Under the pieces are notes generated by a model. The model saw only the letters and a program-made list of their open reading frames with translations, was not told the DNA's origin and made no database searches. This document shows, piece by piece, positions 17,801 to 25,300 of a stretch of 26,507 nucleotides of DNA; the first letter of the stretch is position 1, and each line of letters opens with the position of its first letter. The stretch is from an uncultured Eubacteriales bacterium. Lineage in GTDB: Bacteria; Bacillota; Clostridia; UMGS1810. Where the stretch lies: assembly GCA_902493665.1 (NCBI GenBank), contig CABUQL010000001.1, positions 1 to 26,507 of the forward strand, read 5' to 3'. The position numbers and the translations under genes are program-made.

Positions 17801-20134
17801 TATCCCGAGGGCGTAAAACCGCTTGAATTTTCATCTGAGCTTTACGACGAAACACAAAAATACAAAGACGTATTCTACATAAGCGCATCTTCTTTGGAAG
17901 GCGATGTATTTAAGCTTATAAAAGACGGTTTTGCCGAAAACGAAAATATTTTGGTTTCATGCGTTCAGACAGACGGCGAAAGCTATATTGAAAGACTTTC
18001 GGACGGAAGAATCAAGCTTAAAAAGATAAATGATACCGAAACTGCGGTTGCAGAAAACGTTACACTTTTGTTTACGGACGAAAGCGGCAGAATGAGAAAG
18101 GGCGTTAAAGTAATTTTAGCTCCCGACGAAGGTGCAAGAGAAAATCTTTTAAATAAGCTCGCATCGATTTATGCGTCAAAAACACTTCCCGATGAATGGG
18201 TAGTATTTGATATGGCGGCATACGAAAACTTAAAAAAAGATGGCGAAAATGTACCAAAACTTTCGGATGACGCAAAGCAAAACTATATAAATGTTGCAAT
18301 CGATTCTCTCGATAAGTCATATACACTTGCAACCGACAGAGCAAAAGCCGAAGTTATAATGGCGTCAATCGGCGTTGACACAACAAAGCTTTACCCCGTA
18401 AACTCCGACAAGAGCATAAACAATGCAAATCTTTTAAAAAACGAGAATTTTGCAAACAGTTATGCTGCACTCTGGGCGCTTCTTGCCGATATGCAGGGAA
18501 ATGTTGATTTTTCAAAACCGCAGATACAAAATCTTGTAAAAATACTTCTCGATAATCAAAACGAAGACGGTCTTTTCAGTTACAGATACGGCACCGAAAC
18601 TTATACTGACGTTGACTCAACAGGCTGGGCAATTGCGGCGCTTTCAAGATTTTATCTTAACAAAAAAGACACGTACGGAGTAAAAGACGATGCGAAATTA
18701 TTCATTGACAAAGCGGTTTTGGGACTTTCAAACGCACTTAACAAAAATGCGTCTTACGGAAATATCAGCTCCGATTCAATGGTAATTACAGGTCTTGTTT
18801 CAATTGGCATAGACGTATTTTCCGATGAAAGATTTGTTAAAAACGGCTGCTCGCTCGGCGACGCTCCGATGCTTTATGTTAACGGTGACAAAAACGGTTT
18901 TGTAAGCGCATATGTATCGGGCAGTGACGGCGAAAAATATGCCGCTCTTGCAACGGAACAGGGATTTAGAGGTCTTGTTGCACTTGCAGCATTTGAAAAA
19001 GGAAACAAAAAGCCTTATAATATTTATGCATTTACAACGCAAAACGAAGACGGAACAGAATCGGTACCGAAAAGAAATCCCACACGTGCAAACGGCAAGG
19101 GAAGCGTTGAGGTTCCGAAGGATATCCCCGATTCGGCTGACAATATCAAAGTAGGCTACGAAATAAAAGCGCTCAAAAACACATGGGCAAGCGGCGAAAA
19201 CTATAATATCAAAAAAGGCAGTACGGTATATCACCTTATAAAAGCAATTGCCGAGGCAAAAGGCATTGAAACTGCAGGCCTTGAAAAAGGTTATATAAAA
19301 TCAATGACATATAACGGCGAAACGCTCGGCGAATTTACAAACGGCGATGCGAGCGGATGGCTTTATTATGTAAACGGCGAGCTTCCAGATGTGGGAATCT
19401 GCGATTACGTATTAAAAGACGGCGACACATTAAAGCTTTTATATACTGCGGACTACACCAAAGAGCCGGGTGTTAAAGGCGGAATGACAAGCGGTACAAA
19501 CAGCGGCAAAGACGACACCAAAGATGATACAAAGGACGATGAGACAAAAAATGACGAAACAAATACATCTTGGAAAAATCCTTTCGGCGACGTTTCGGAA
19601 AAAGACTGGTATTATAACGATGTTAAAAACATCTGCACACTCGGCCTTATGAAGGGTGTGAGTGACAATGAATTTTTGCCGGGCGCAAAACTTAGCCGTG
19701 CAATGTTTGTAACAATGCTTTACAGACTTGAAAACGAACCGGAAGCAAAAACGTCGGTATTTACAGACGTTGACGAAAATGCATGGTACGCAAAAGCGGC
19801 ATCATGGGCAAGCGAAAACGGCATTGTAAGCGGTATTACAGACGATACATTTGCTCCCGATGAAGATATTACACGTGAGCAGATGGCTGCTATAATCTAC
19901 AGATATGCAAAATATAAGGGACTTGATTTGTCAGTCGGCGAAAACACAAATATTTTGTCTTACGAAGATTATAACGACATATTTGAATACGCATTAAGCG
20001 CAATATGCTATGTGTCGGGTTCGGGCATTATGACGGGTAAAACCGACAAAACAATAAACCCCAAAGATACTGCAACAAGAGCAGAAGCGGCAGCGGTAAC
20101 GATAAGATTTGTTAATCTTTTAACCGCAAAGTAA
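14894..20134 (+). CDS. 1746-aa S-layer-anchored protein: signal peptide, two GLUG-like beta-rich regions, PEGA/Ig-like repeats, prenyltransferase/squalene-cyclase-like helical region, DUF4430-like domain, 3 SLH domains; candidate cobalamin-binding surface protein
   Basis: FSGNFKGNGFKIKNL and GEGTKESPYVIKS...FKGTFDGNGHKITG; LLDNQNEDGLFSY...DVDSTGWAIAAL; GYIKSM...LGEFTNGDASGWLYYVNGELPDVGICDYVLKDGD; SLH repeats FGDVSEKDWY, FTDVDENAWY, ITREQMA, ATRAEAA. Confidence 0.8.
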   Translation: MKTKFSKILAFILCALMIFSSVSVFAENRIENMFDLPEVSDEEMSDILGITPDEPENVQICPEEDVLDTHETENNDFDVSEEKSTIYVSDASQLSALGGQTVTDDIELLNDIDMADTEMEPIESFSGNFKGNGFKIKNLTIEKEFTGYNSDYDGAALIRTITGNSEITGVIFENPSVTLKSSASYKGAAVVAASAKGVNVKISNCAVVGGSVVTKSSSTSFAGSFVGAITNEGTEGAYLTISDSFSSADVKFEKESREGTHYIGGFLGFLMNSSFASENCVMFGNVSASTSYNIGNAGGFIGNINGSNSGKSISFENSLFTGTVSGGNNYGFAYSGRYAYPEISVLGSCRYDNEKNKSQSSWSPFEVFSSKAKVTGKVNGIKTADFASLDMGEAFKISEGYPYPAWFVKESETHKIEITVNPKDASVSLTDENGAEVSLEKNDNVYSADVESGKYYLTVSPKDDEYEEEKREINIGNIDEIISISLKAKKYDVSFNVNPKTADVALYEGNEKGENALNPNDNGVYSVKKGDYYYEISDFGYISKSGVISVSENKTYEITLEKAKTYKVEFSIYPKNADAKITLTRADGDKREFSGENNVFCLPEGSYDYKVSADSFKTKSASIYVSEDKNIFVKLSDGESWDGTSSQSLSGEGTKESPYVIKSGADLAFFASKVNEGDASYVSANYILQSDIDLSYNVWTPIGRTSAVPFKGTFDGNGHKITGINVSDAEKSVYAYYGLFGCLYDANVKNLSIGGEIYCTESSANVGSLAGSAVGNTTIENCFSSAVISSYAGAPTGGFVGFARKSDDIGYTWVDNAVLFKNCLFGGSIYMSGEDENMFSQGAAGGILGYSKNCSQFLNCANTGKITGSFNAAGICGDVGSAQGDNSHPYVKNCYNAGYVSGNAKTFPIYGGRLSESYVINCYAIGGNGKNDYVAEKDGEYLKSEEFLTALADEETTWIKNENENNGYPYPEGVKPLEFSSELYDETQKYKDVFYISASSLEGDVFKLIKDGFAENENILVSCVQTDGESYIERLSDGRIKLKKINDTETAVAENVTLLFTDESGRMRKGVKVILAPDEGARENLLNKLASIYASKTLPDEWVVFDMAAYENLKKDGENVPKLSDDAKQNYINVAIDSLDKSYTLATDRAKAEVIMASIGVDTTKLYPVNSDKSINNANLLKNENFANSYAALWALLADMQGNVDFSKPQIQNLVKILLDNQNEDGLFSYRYGTETYTDVDSTGWAIAALSRFYLNKKDTYGVKDDAKLFIDKAVLGLSNALNKNASYGNISSDSMVITGLVSIGIDVFSDERFVKNGCSLGDAPMLYVNGDKNGFVSAYVSGSDGEKYAALATEQGFRGLVALAAFEKGNKKPYNIYAFTTQNEDGTESVPKRNPTRANGKGSVEVPKDIPDSADNIKVGYEIKALKNTWASGENYNIKKGSTVYHLIKAIAEAKGIETAGLEKGYIKSMTYNGETLGEFTNGDASGWLYYVNGELPDVGICDYVLKDGDTLKLLYTADYTKEPGVKGGMTSGTNSGKDDTKDDTKDDETKNDETNTSWKNPFGDVSEKDWYYNDVKNICTLGLMKGVSDNEFLPGAKLSRAMFVTMLYRLENEPEAKTSVFTDVDENAWYAKAASWASENGIVSGITDDTFAPDEDITREQMAAIIYRYAKYKGLDLSVGENTNILSYEDYNDIFEYALSAICYVSGSGIMTGKTDKTINPKDTATRAEAAAVTIRFVNLLTAK

Positions 20135-20172
20135 GAAATAAAAAATCAGAGCAAAAAATACAGATAATGATA

Positions 20173-20203
20173 AAAGCCAAGCGGGATTTTGCCGCTTGGC
20201 TTT
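20173..20203. terminator. Terminator hairpin after the SLH gene
   Basis: AAAGCCAAGCGG...CCGCTTGGCTTT. Confidence 0.75.
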
Positions 20204-20316
20204 AACTGTTTTACGGATATTCGTAAAAAGCTTTGCTTTTTTTGAATAAAAAATTTACTTTTTAAAACTTCGGCCTTTAAGTCGAGGGGATTTTTGTTTT
20301 TTGCCAAAGACGGCGC

Positions 20317-20925
20317 CTAAAATAATTTTTTGAGTTCGTCTTTGATAAATACCGCCATAACACCGTATCCGACTTCGGAAAAGTGAAGACCGTCGTTAGG
20401 CTGCATTATAGGCTCGTTTTCATCGTTAAAAAGTGCACAGTTTTTAAAATCAATCAGCAAAAGTGAGGTTTCTTTGGCATATCTTCTCACAAAATTTCCT
20501 GCTTTTTCAACTCGGTCTTCGTAGCCGAAATTAGACATTTTTTCATTTTTTGTAACGTGGGGCGGAGCGCATAAAACGATTTTTGCACCCGGTGCGTCTT
20601 TTTTAATGAGATTTACAAGTTCATCATAATCTTTGTCGCCCTGCGATATTTCTTCATCGTCAAGATCGCCGTTTGTGCCGAGCATGATAATTATTAAATC
20701 AGCACCCAAAACATCGGTATTTCCTTTTTTGTAATGCGACAAATAGAGCGACGGCGTAATTCCGCAAACACCGCAGTTTAAAATTTCGGCGCCGGGCAAA
20801 AGCTTTGCAAGATAATAAGGATAGTTTTTTTCGTTTACGTTTTTAATGCCTTTTTTGCCGAAAATGCCGTAATCTCCTTCTGTAAGAGAGTCGCCGATAC
20901 ATACTATTTTTTTAAAGCCTGCCAT
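20317..20925 (-). CDS. SGNH/GDSL hydrolase
   Basis: GDSLTEG (block I), NCGVCG (II), LGTN (III), DGLH (V). Confidence 0.9.
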   Translation of the reverse strand: MAGFKKIVCIGDSLTEGDYGIFGKKGIKNVNEKNYPYYLAKLLPGAEILNCGVCGITPSLYLSHYKKGNTDVLGADLIIIMLGTNGDLDDEEISQGDKDYDELVNLIKKDAPGAKIVLCAPPHVTKNEKMSNFGYEDRVEKAGNFVRRYAKETSLLLIDFKNCALFNDENEPIMQPNDGLHFSEVGYGVMAVFIKDELKKLF

Positions 20926-21023
20926 TTTTCATTCCTCCGAAAAATAAATTGCAAAAAGCGGAGCGGACTTAAATCCGCTCATCTTATATCAAACTTTTGT
21001 TTATACGGGTTTTAGAGAAAAAT

Positions 21024-21059
21024 AAAAAAATCAGAGCAAACAATTAAAGTTTGCTCTGA
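21024..21059 (-). terminator. Terminator downstream of the tRNA
   Basis: TCAGAGCAAAC...GTTTGCTCTGA with an A run on + (U run on -). Confidence 0.75.
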
Positions 21060-21061
21060 CG

Positions 21062-21137
21062 TGGAGCTGGTGACGGGACTTGAACCTGCGACCTGCGCAT
21101 TACGAATGCGCTGCTCTACCAACTGAGCTACACCAGC
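21062..21137 (-). tRNA. tRNA-Thr(CGT)
   Basis: Reverse complement GCTGGTGTAGCTCAGTTGGTAGAGCAGCGCATTCGTAATGCGCAGGTCGCAGGTTCAAGTCCCGTCACCAGCTCCA; 76 nt, anticodon CGT, encoded CCA. Confidence 0.96.
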
Positions 21138-21156
21138 AATTATAAACATCTTAAGT

Positions 21157-21185
21157 ATTTTACCATAATTCTTTTGTAAAATCAA
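21157..21185 (-). promoter_or_regulatory. sigmaA promoter for tRNA-Thr
   Basis: TTGATT-17 bp-TAAAAT with extended TG; the -35 box overlaps the stop codon of the RHH gene. Confidence 0.6.
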
Positions 21186-21373
21186 TAGTTAATTTCAGAA
21201 ATTTGAGATTCGTCGATTTTTCCGTGCTCGTTTTCAAACTCGGCAATGCATTTTTTGATGAGCTGCTCAATCTGCCTGTTTTTCGTTCTGCCTTCGTATT
21301 CGGCAATGTAACCTAATCTTTCAAGTAAATCTTTTTTAATTCTGAGTGTATAACGTATGAATTCTTTCTCCAT
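21182..21373 (-). CDS. Ribbon-helix-helix (Arc family) DNA-binding protein, 63 aa
   Basis: MEKEFIRYTLRIKKDLLERLGYIAEYEGRTKNRQIEQLIKKCI; YTLRI strand followed by helix-turn (EGRTKN)-helix; GGAGG RBS. Confidence 0.85.
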   Translation of the reverse strand: MEKEFIRYTLRIKKDLLERLGYIAEYEGRTKNRQIEQLIKKCIAEFENEHGKIDESQISEINY

Positions 21374-21392
21374 AATGACGCCTCCAAATCTA

Positions 21393-21425
21393 AGTATTGA
21401 CATAATTATAGCAAAATACTATAAT
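21393..21425. promoter_or_regulatory. Divergent overlapping sigmaA promoters (module 2)
   Basis: Plus strand TTGACA (21397-21402)-17 bp-TATAAT (21420-21425); minus strand extended -10 TGCTATAAT lies inside the spacer. Confidence 0.85.
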
Positions 21426-21480
21426 AAAATGTGAAAATGGTGAAAAACCCATTACTTAATACCGAAACTGAAACGAAAAA

Positions 21481-21699
21481 ATGATGAATGAAGGCGAAAA
21501 TATGAAACAAAATGACGAACAACTTAATGACTTTGAGTATATAGATATTACGGGGATAGAACTTGTTCCGGGAAATAACGGCGAAAACTGCCCCGGAAAC
21601 GGAAAACATTTTGATGAGTTCGGGAATTTGATTGAGTGCTGCTGCGAGGAGTGTGACTATTTTTTGCTTTGCAATGATGAAAGTGAGTACGAAAATTAA
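21481..21699 (+). CDS. Small Cys-rich hypothetical protein, copy 2 (6 Cys)
   Basis: IDITGIELVPGNNGENCPGNG...CCCEECDYFLLC; paralog of 1338-1538; alternative start at ATG 21502. Confidence 0.8.
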   Translation: MMNEGENMKQNDEQLNDFEYIDITGIELVPGNNGENCPGNGKHFDEFGNLIECCCEECDYFLLCNDESEYEN

Positions 21700-21702
21700 A
21701 AA

Positions 21703-21745
21703 AGCCGAAAACAACAAATTGTATGTTGCTTTCGGCTGTATTTTT
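21703..21745 (+). terminator. Terminator after Cys-rich gene copy 2
   Basis: AGCCGAAAACAACA...TGTTGCTTTCGGCT followed by a T-rich tail. Confidence 0.65.
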
Positions 21746-21764
21746 GCTTTGGATTTTAATGTGT

Positions 21765-21909
21765 TCCCTCCGCAAAACGATAGTTTTGCATGTGGTTTTT
21801 TGCTAAGCTTTTTTTCAAAAAAGCGTCTGAAAAAGCGCCTGAAAAAAGCGTCTGAAAAAACGCCGAAAAAAGCGTCTGTAGAATCTTACTTTTTTACTAA
21901 AAAAGTAAC
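21765..21909 (+). repeat. Palindromic intergenic repeat, copy C, with 5 tandem ~12-bp units
   Basis: 20-bp core at 21771-21790; AAAAAAGCGTCTG-like units x5 at 21817-21878; 24-bp hairpin at 21886-21909. Confidence 0.85.
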
Positions 21910-21919
21910 AGAAATTCAA

Positions 21920-22558
21920 TCACATTATCATGTACAGTAAAATGTTGTTGTCGTAAAAGAGCCTTGCAAAATCAGACTCCATTATGAATTTTGCAACATA
22001 ATCGACCGCCGGCATAAATGAAAATGCACCGATGAGCGCCATTGCGGTGTAAACCCAGAAAAGTCCTGCAATAATGCCTATTGCACCGCCCAAAAACCTG
22101 TCGATGTACTTTATTATCGGAAGCGATGCAAGCGCTTTAATCGGCTTTTTCATAACCTTTAATAAAAATCTTAATAAAACAAATAAAACAATAACCGTAA
22201 TAACAGTTATAATTGCGTTTGTAATGTTTTGCGCCAGCGTGTTTACGGCATTTTGGAAAAACTCACCGTCGGCAATGCCCTTTTTTAAAATCTGCGGAAG
22301 CGCAATGTCCGAAATAAGCTCGTCGGTCTTTTGAGCCATGCTTTTAAGAAGAATTCCTTCGACTTTTTCGGTTAAAAACAGTCCGAATTTTGACGCCGCT
22401 ATGTAAGATGACGCCGCTTTGTAAAAGCATCCCGTTATGATAACGGAAATTATGTACGAACACGATTTAACAATTGTCAGCGCAAAACCTTTTTTGTAAC
22501 CGATTGCAAGCGCCGCCAAAAGAGCTGCCAAAACGGCAATGTCAAGTAAAAAACTCAT
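21920..22558 (-). CDS. CvpA family membrane protein
   Basis: N-terminal LDI...GYKKGF and C-terminal DRFLGGAIG...S motif pattern. Confidence 0.8.
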   Translation of the reverse strand: MSFLLDIAVLAALLAALAIGYKKGFALTIVKSCSYIISVIITGCFYKAASSYIAASKFGLFLTEKVEGILLKSMAQKTDELISDIALPQILKKGIADGEFFQNAVNTLAQNITNAIITVITVIVLFVLLRFLLKVMKKPIKALASLPIIKYIDRFLGGAIGIIAGLFWVYTAMALIGAFSFMPAVDYVAKFIMESDFARLFYDNNILLYMIM

Positions 22559-22562
22559 ATTT

Positions 22563-23675
22563 TCACCTCAGATAATAAATTTTCCCGATTGAATTTGAAA
22601 CGGCAAAAACGCTTTTGCCGTCGTCTGATAAAAACGCTTTTTTAATATCTATTCCGAGCGTAACGCTTGATTTTTCACGTCCGCCGAACGAAATTAAAGT
22701 AAGAGAGTTTTTGCCGTACGCCAAAACACCGTTTTTACCGATGCTTGTGCCCAAAACCTCACCTTGGTGGATGTATTCGCCCTTTAATCTTCCGGAAAGC
22801 GATAAAATCTTAATGCTGACCTTTTCTGTTGCGGACGAAGTATTGCCCGTTGCAAGTATTATATTCGAGCCCGAGTAATTATATGTAAAAAGCTGCTTTT
22901 TGCTGTAATCTTCTTCCCAGATGCTGCTTGCGTCGGTGTTATACATTCCTGTTTTTGCATCGCTTATAACGAGTATCTTTTTGCCCCCGCAAAACGCAGC
23001 ACTGTATATCGCTTCGCCTTTTTTGTCAATCTGTGCAATCGGCTTGCTCTCAGAAAGTGAGAAAACCAAAACCTTTGATGAAATACCGTCATTTCCCGAA
23101 TACAGAGCGCTTGCAACCATCATTTTTCCGTCGTCGGAAAGACTTGCGTCCGTAAGATATGCGTCTGCACTGTGCCATACATATATCTGATCGCCGTTTT
23201 TGTTGTATACAACAATGCGTGATTTAAATCCGCTCTCCTCGGTTACGAGCGCAAAATTTCCGTTTTTGTTAACTGTTGCGTTTAAAATGGGATAATCCGA
23301 CGAAATGTAAAGCACTTTGGTATTGAGCTTAATAACCGCTCTTTTTTCTGTTCCGTAATAAATGAGCGTGTTTTTTCCGTCCGTCTTTATAACGGGATTT
23401 GTGCCAGATGAGTTATCTCTTTGCTTTTCTTTAAGCGACGAATCGTAAAATGCAATGCCGTCGGGATAAGCCGCAACAAAGGCGCCGTCCGTTTTTGCAA
23501 AATCGCACGAATCGTATGTTTCAAACGTTATCGCAGGCGTTTCGTAGCTTGGATTGAAAAGCTTCATTACAGAAAGAATCAGCGAGGGGTGGTTTTGCAC
23601 AAAAATTACGGCAATAAACACGAGTGCAAGAACACATATAAGTATTAAATTTTTTTTGGATATTTTAATTTTCAT
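22563..23675 (-). CDS. Membrane-anchored beta-rich (propeller-like) protein, DUF5711-like
   Basis: N-terminal TM; repeats such as VNKNGNFALVT, IVVYNKNG, ASLSDDGKMM. Family call from recalled similarity and context next to cvpA. Confidence 0.6.
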   Translation of the reverse strand: MKIKISKKNLILICVLALVFIAVIFVQNHPSLILSVMKLFNPSYETPAITFETYDSCDFAKTDGAFVAAYPDGIAFYDSSLKEKQRDNSSGTNPVIKTDGKNTLIYYGTEKRAVIKLNTKVLYISSDYPILNATVNKNGNFALVTEESGFKSRIVVYNKNGDQIYVWHSADAYLTDASLSDDGKMMVASALYSGNDGISSKVLVFSLSESKPIAQIDKKGEAIYSAAFCGGKKILVISDAKTGMYNTDASSIWEEDYSKKQLFTYNYSGSNIILATGNTSSATEKVSIKILSLSGRLKGEYIHQGEVLGTSIGKNGVLAYGKNSLTLISFGGREKSSVTLGIDIKKAFLSDDGKSVFAVSNSIGKIYYLR

Positions 23676-23708
23676 TTTTATCCCCTCACGCCTTTTGTAA
23701 GATAAGAT

Positions 23709-24434
23709 TTAATAATTGACCTTAATAAGCGAAAGTCCGTGCGCAGGCGCAGTAATGCCGCCTTTTTTTCTGTCACGCGAATTTATGATATCCGAAAGAC
23801 TTTCGTTAATTCTTCCCGCACCGATGCAAACAAGCGTTCCTGCCATAATCCGCACCATATTGTATAAAAATCCGTTTCCGTTGATGTCTATTTTGATAAG
23901 TCCGTCTTCGTTTTTAAGATTTACAGAATTTATTGTTTTTACCGTTGTGTCAAACGTTCCGCCGCTTGACATAAATCCGATAAAATCATGTGTTCCGACG
24001 TATGATTCGGCTTCATTTTGCATTTTTTTAAAATCGAGCTTAAACGGAAAATACCATCTGTAATTTCTCGTAAAAACATCGTATTTGTCCGTTACAATAT
24101 ATCTGTAGGTTTTGTTTTTTGCACTTTTTCTTGCGTGAAAACCGTCGCTTTCCTCGCTGCACGACAAAACCCTTATGTCACACGGAAGCTTTGTGTTAAG
24201 CGCAGACGGAACTTTGTTTTCGGGAATACGTCCCGATGTTTTGAAATTGCAAACGTATTCTTTTGCGTGAACACCCGCGTCCGTTCTGCTTGAGCCGTAA
24301 ACGGCGGCATCTTCTTTGAAAATTTCTTTAATTGCTCTTGTAACTTCGCCCTGAACGGTTTTTAAACCCGGCTGAATCTGCCAGCCGTGATAATTTGTGC
24401 CGTCATAGCAAAGCGTAAGCTTTAAATTTCGCAT
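23709..24434 (-). CDS. truA: tRNA pseudouridine(38-40) synthase
   Basis: YDGTNYHGWQIQ, SRTDAGVHA, GNGFLYNMVRIMAG, TAPAHGL. Confidence 0.97.
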   Translation of the reverse strand: MRNLKLTLCYDGTNYHGWQIQPGLKTVQGEVTRAIKEIFKEDAAVYGSSRTDAGVHAKEYVCNFKTSGRIPENKVPSALNTKLPCDIRVLSCSEESDGFHARKSAKNKTYRYIVTDKYDVFTRNYRWYFPFKLDFKKMQNEAESYVGTHDFIGFMSSGGTFDTTVKTINSVNLKNEDGLIKIDINGNGFLYNMVRIMAGTLVCIGAGRINESLSDIINSRDRKKGGITAPAHGLSLIKVNY

Positions 24435-24481
24435 TTTACTATCCTCTTAAAAGATTTTTAAGCTTCCAAATGTTTAATTCT

Positions 24482-25300
24482 TTATACAAAAATATTTATA
24501 AGCGCAAGCACAACGGGGAAAAGAATCATTACAAAAGACGCAATAAAATCGCCCGATTTAAATTTTAACTCTTTCATTCTTGTTCTGCCTTCGCCGCCGT
24601 GATAGCATCTGCATTCCATGGCGATTGCAAGCTCGTCAGCTCTTCTAAACGAACTTATAAAAAGCGGAACGAGAATCGGAACGAGCGCTTTTACACGTTT
24701 TATAAGATTTCCGCTTTCAAAATCTGCGCCTCTTGCTTTTTGCGCTTTTATTATTTTGTCGGTTTCCTCCAAAAGCGTCGGAATGAACCTAATTGCAATT
24801 GTCATCATCATTGCAAGCTCATGCGCCGGAACACCGATTTTTTTAAACGGCGACAAAAGCTTTTCTATTCCGTCGGTAAGTATTATCGGCGATGTTGTAA
24901 ATGTTAAAATCGATGTGCCGATAACAAGAAAAATCAGTCGTACAGCCATTTTAACCGCCATAATAAGTCCTTCGTAAGTGACTTTAAACACACCCCATTT
25001 AAGAGGATAGTTATTTATAACGACAACTTTTCCGCTTGACATAAAAATGTTTATAAATGCGGTAAATATCACAATAAAAATAAGCGGTTTTAAGCTTTTT
25101 AAAAAGAGCTTAAACGGAACTTTTGACATTAAAACAATTGTAATTGTAAAAATGGCAACGAAAAGATATCCCCATATATCGACCGCAAAAAAAACAGTTA
25201 TCACATAAAGCAAAACCGAAAGAATTTTAATTCTCGGGTCAAGCGAGTGAATGGGGGATTTTATGGGAAAATACTGCCCGAGCGTGATGTCGCTTAACAT
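24482..25300 (-). CDS. ecfT: ECF transporter transmembrane T component
   Basis: ITLGQYFP...HSLDPRIK, IAIRFIPTL, AQKARG, AMECR. Confidence 0.95.
   Translation of the reverse strand: MLSDITLGQYFPIKSPIHSLDPRIKILSVLLYVITVFFAVDIWGYLFVAIFTITIVLMSKVPFKLFLKSLKPLIFIVIFTAFINIFMSSGKVVVINNYPLKWGVFKVTYEGLIMAVKMAVRLIFLVIGTSILTFTTSPIILTDGIEKLLSPFKKIGVPAHELAMMMTIAIRFIPTLLEETDKIIKAQKARGADFESGNLIKRVKALVPILVPLFISSFRRADELAIAMECRCYHGGEGRTRMKELKFKSGDFIASFVMILFPVVLALINIFV

Noticed and set aside
18140..19030. Active squalene-hopene cyclase or prenyltransferase
   Set aside because: No DXDD motif; the extracellular SLH context and riboswitch favour a binding scaffold.
19505..19560. DDTKDDTKDDETK repeat
   Set aside because: Ordinary low-complexity linker before the SLH domains.
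21632..21940. 102-aa ORF with KKRL/KKAS repeats, and 21406-21717 and 21548-21775 minus-strand ORFs
   Set aside because: Translations of the tandem repeat or shadows of the Cys-rich gene.
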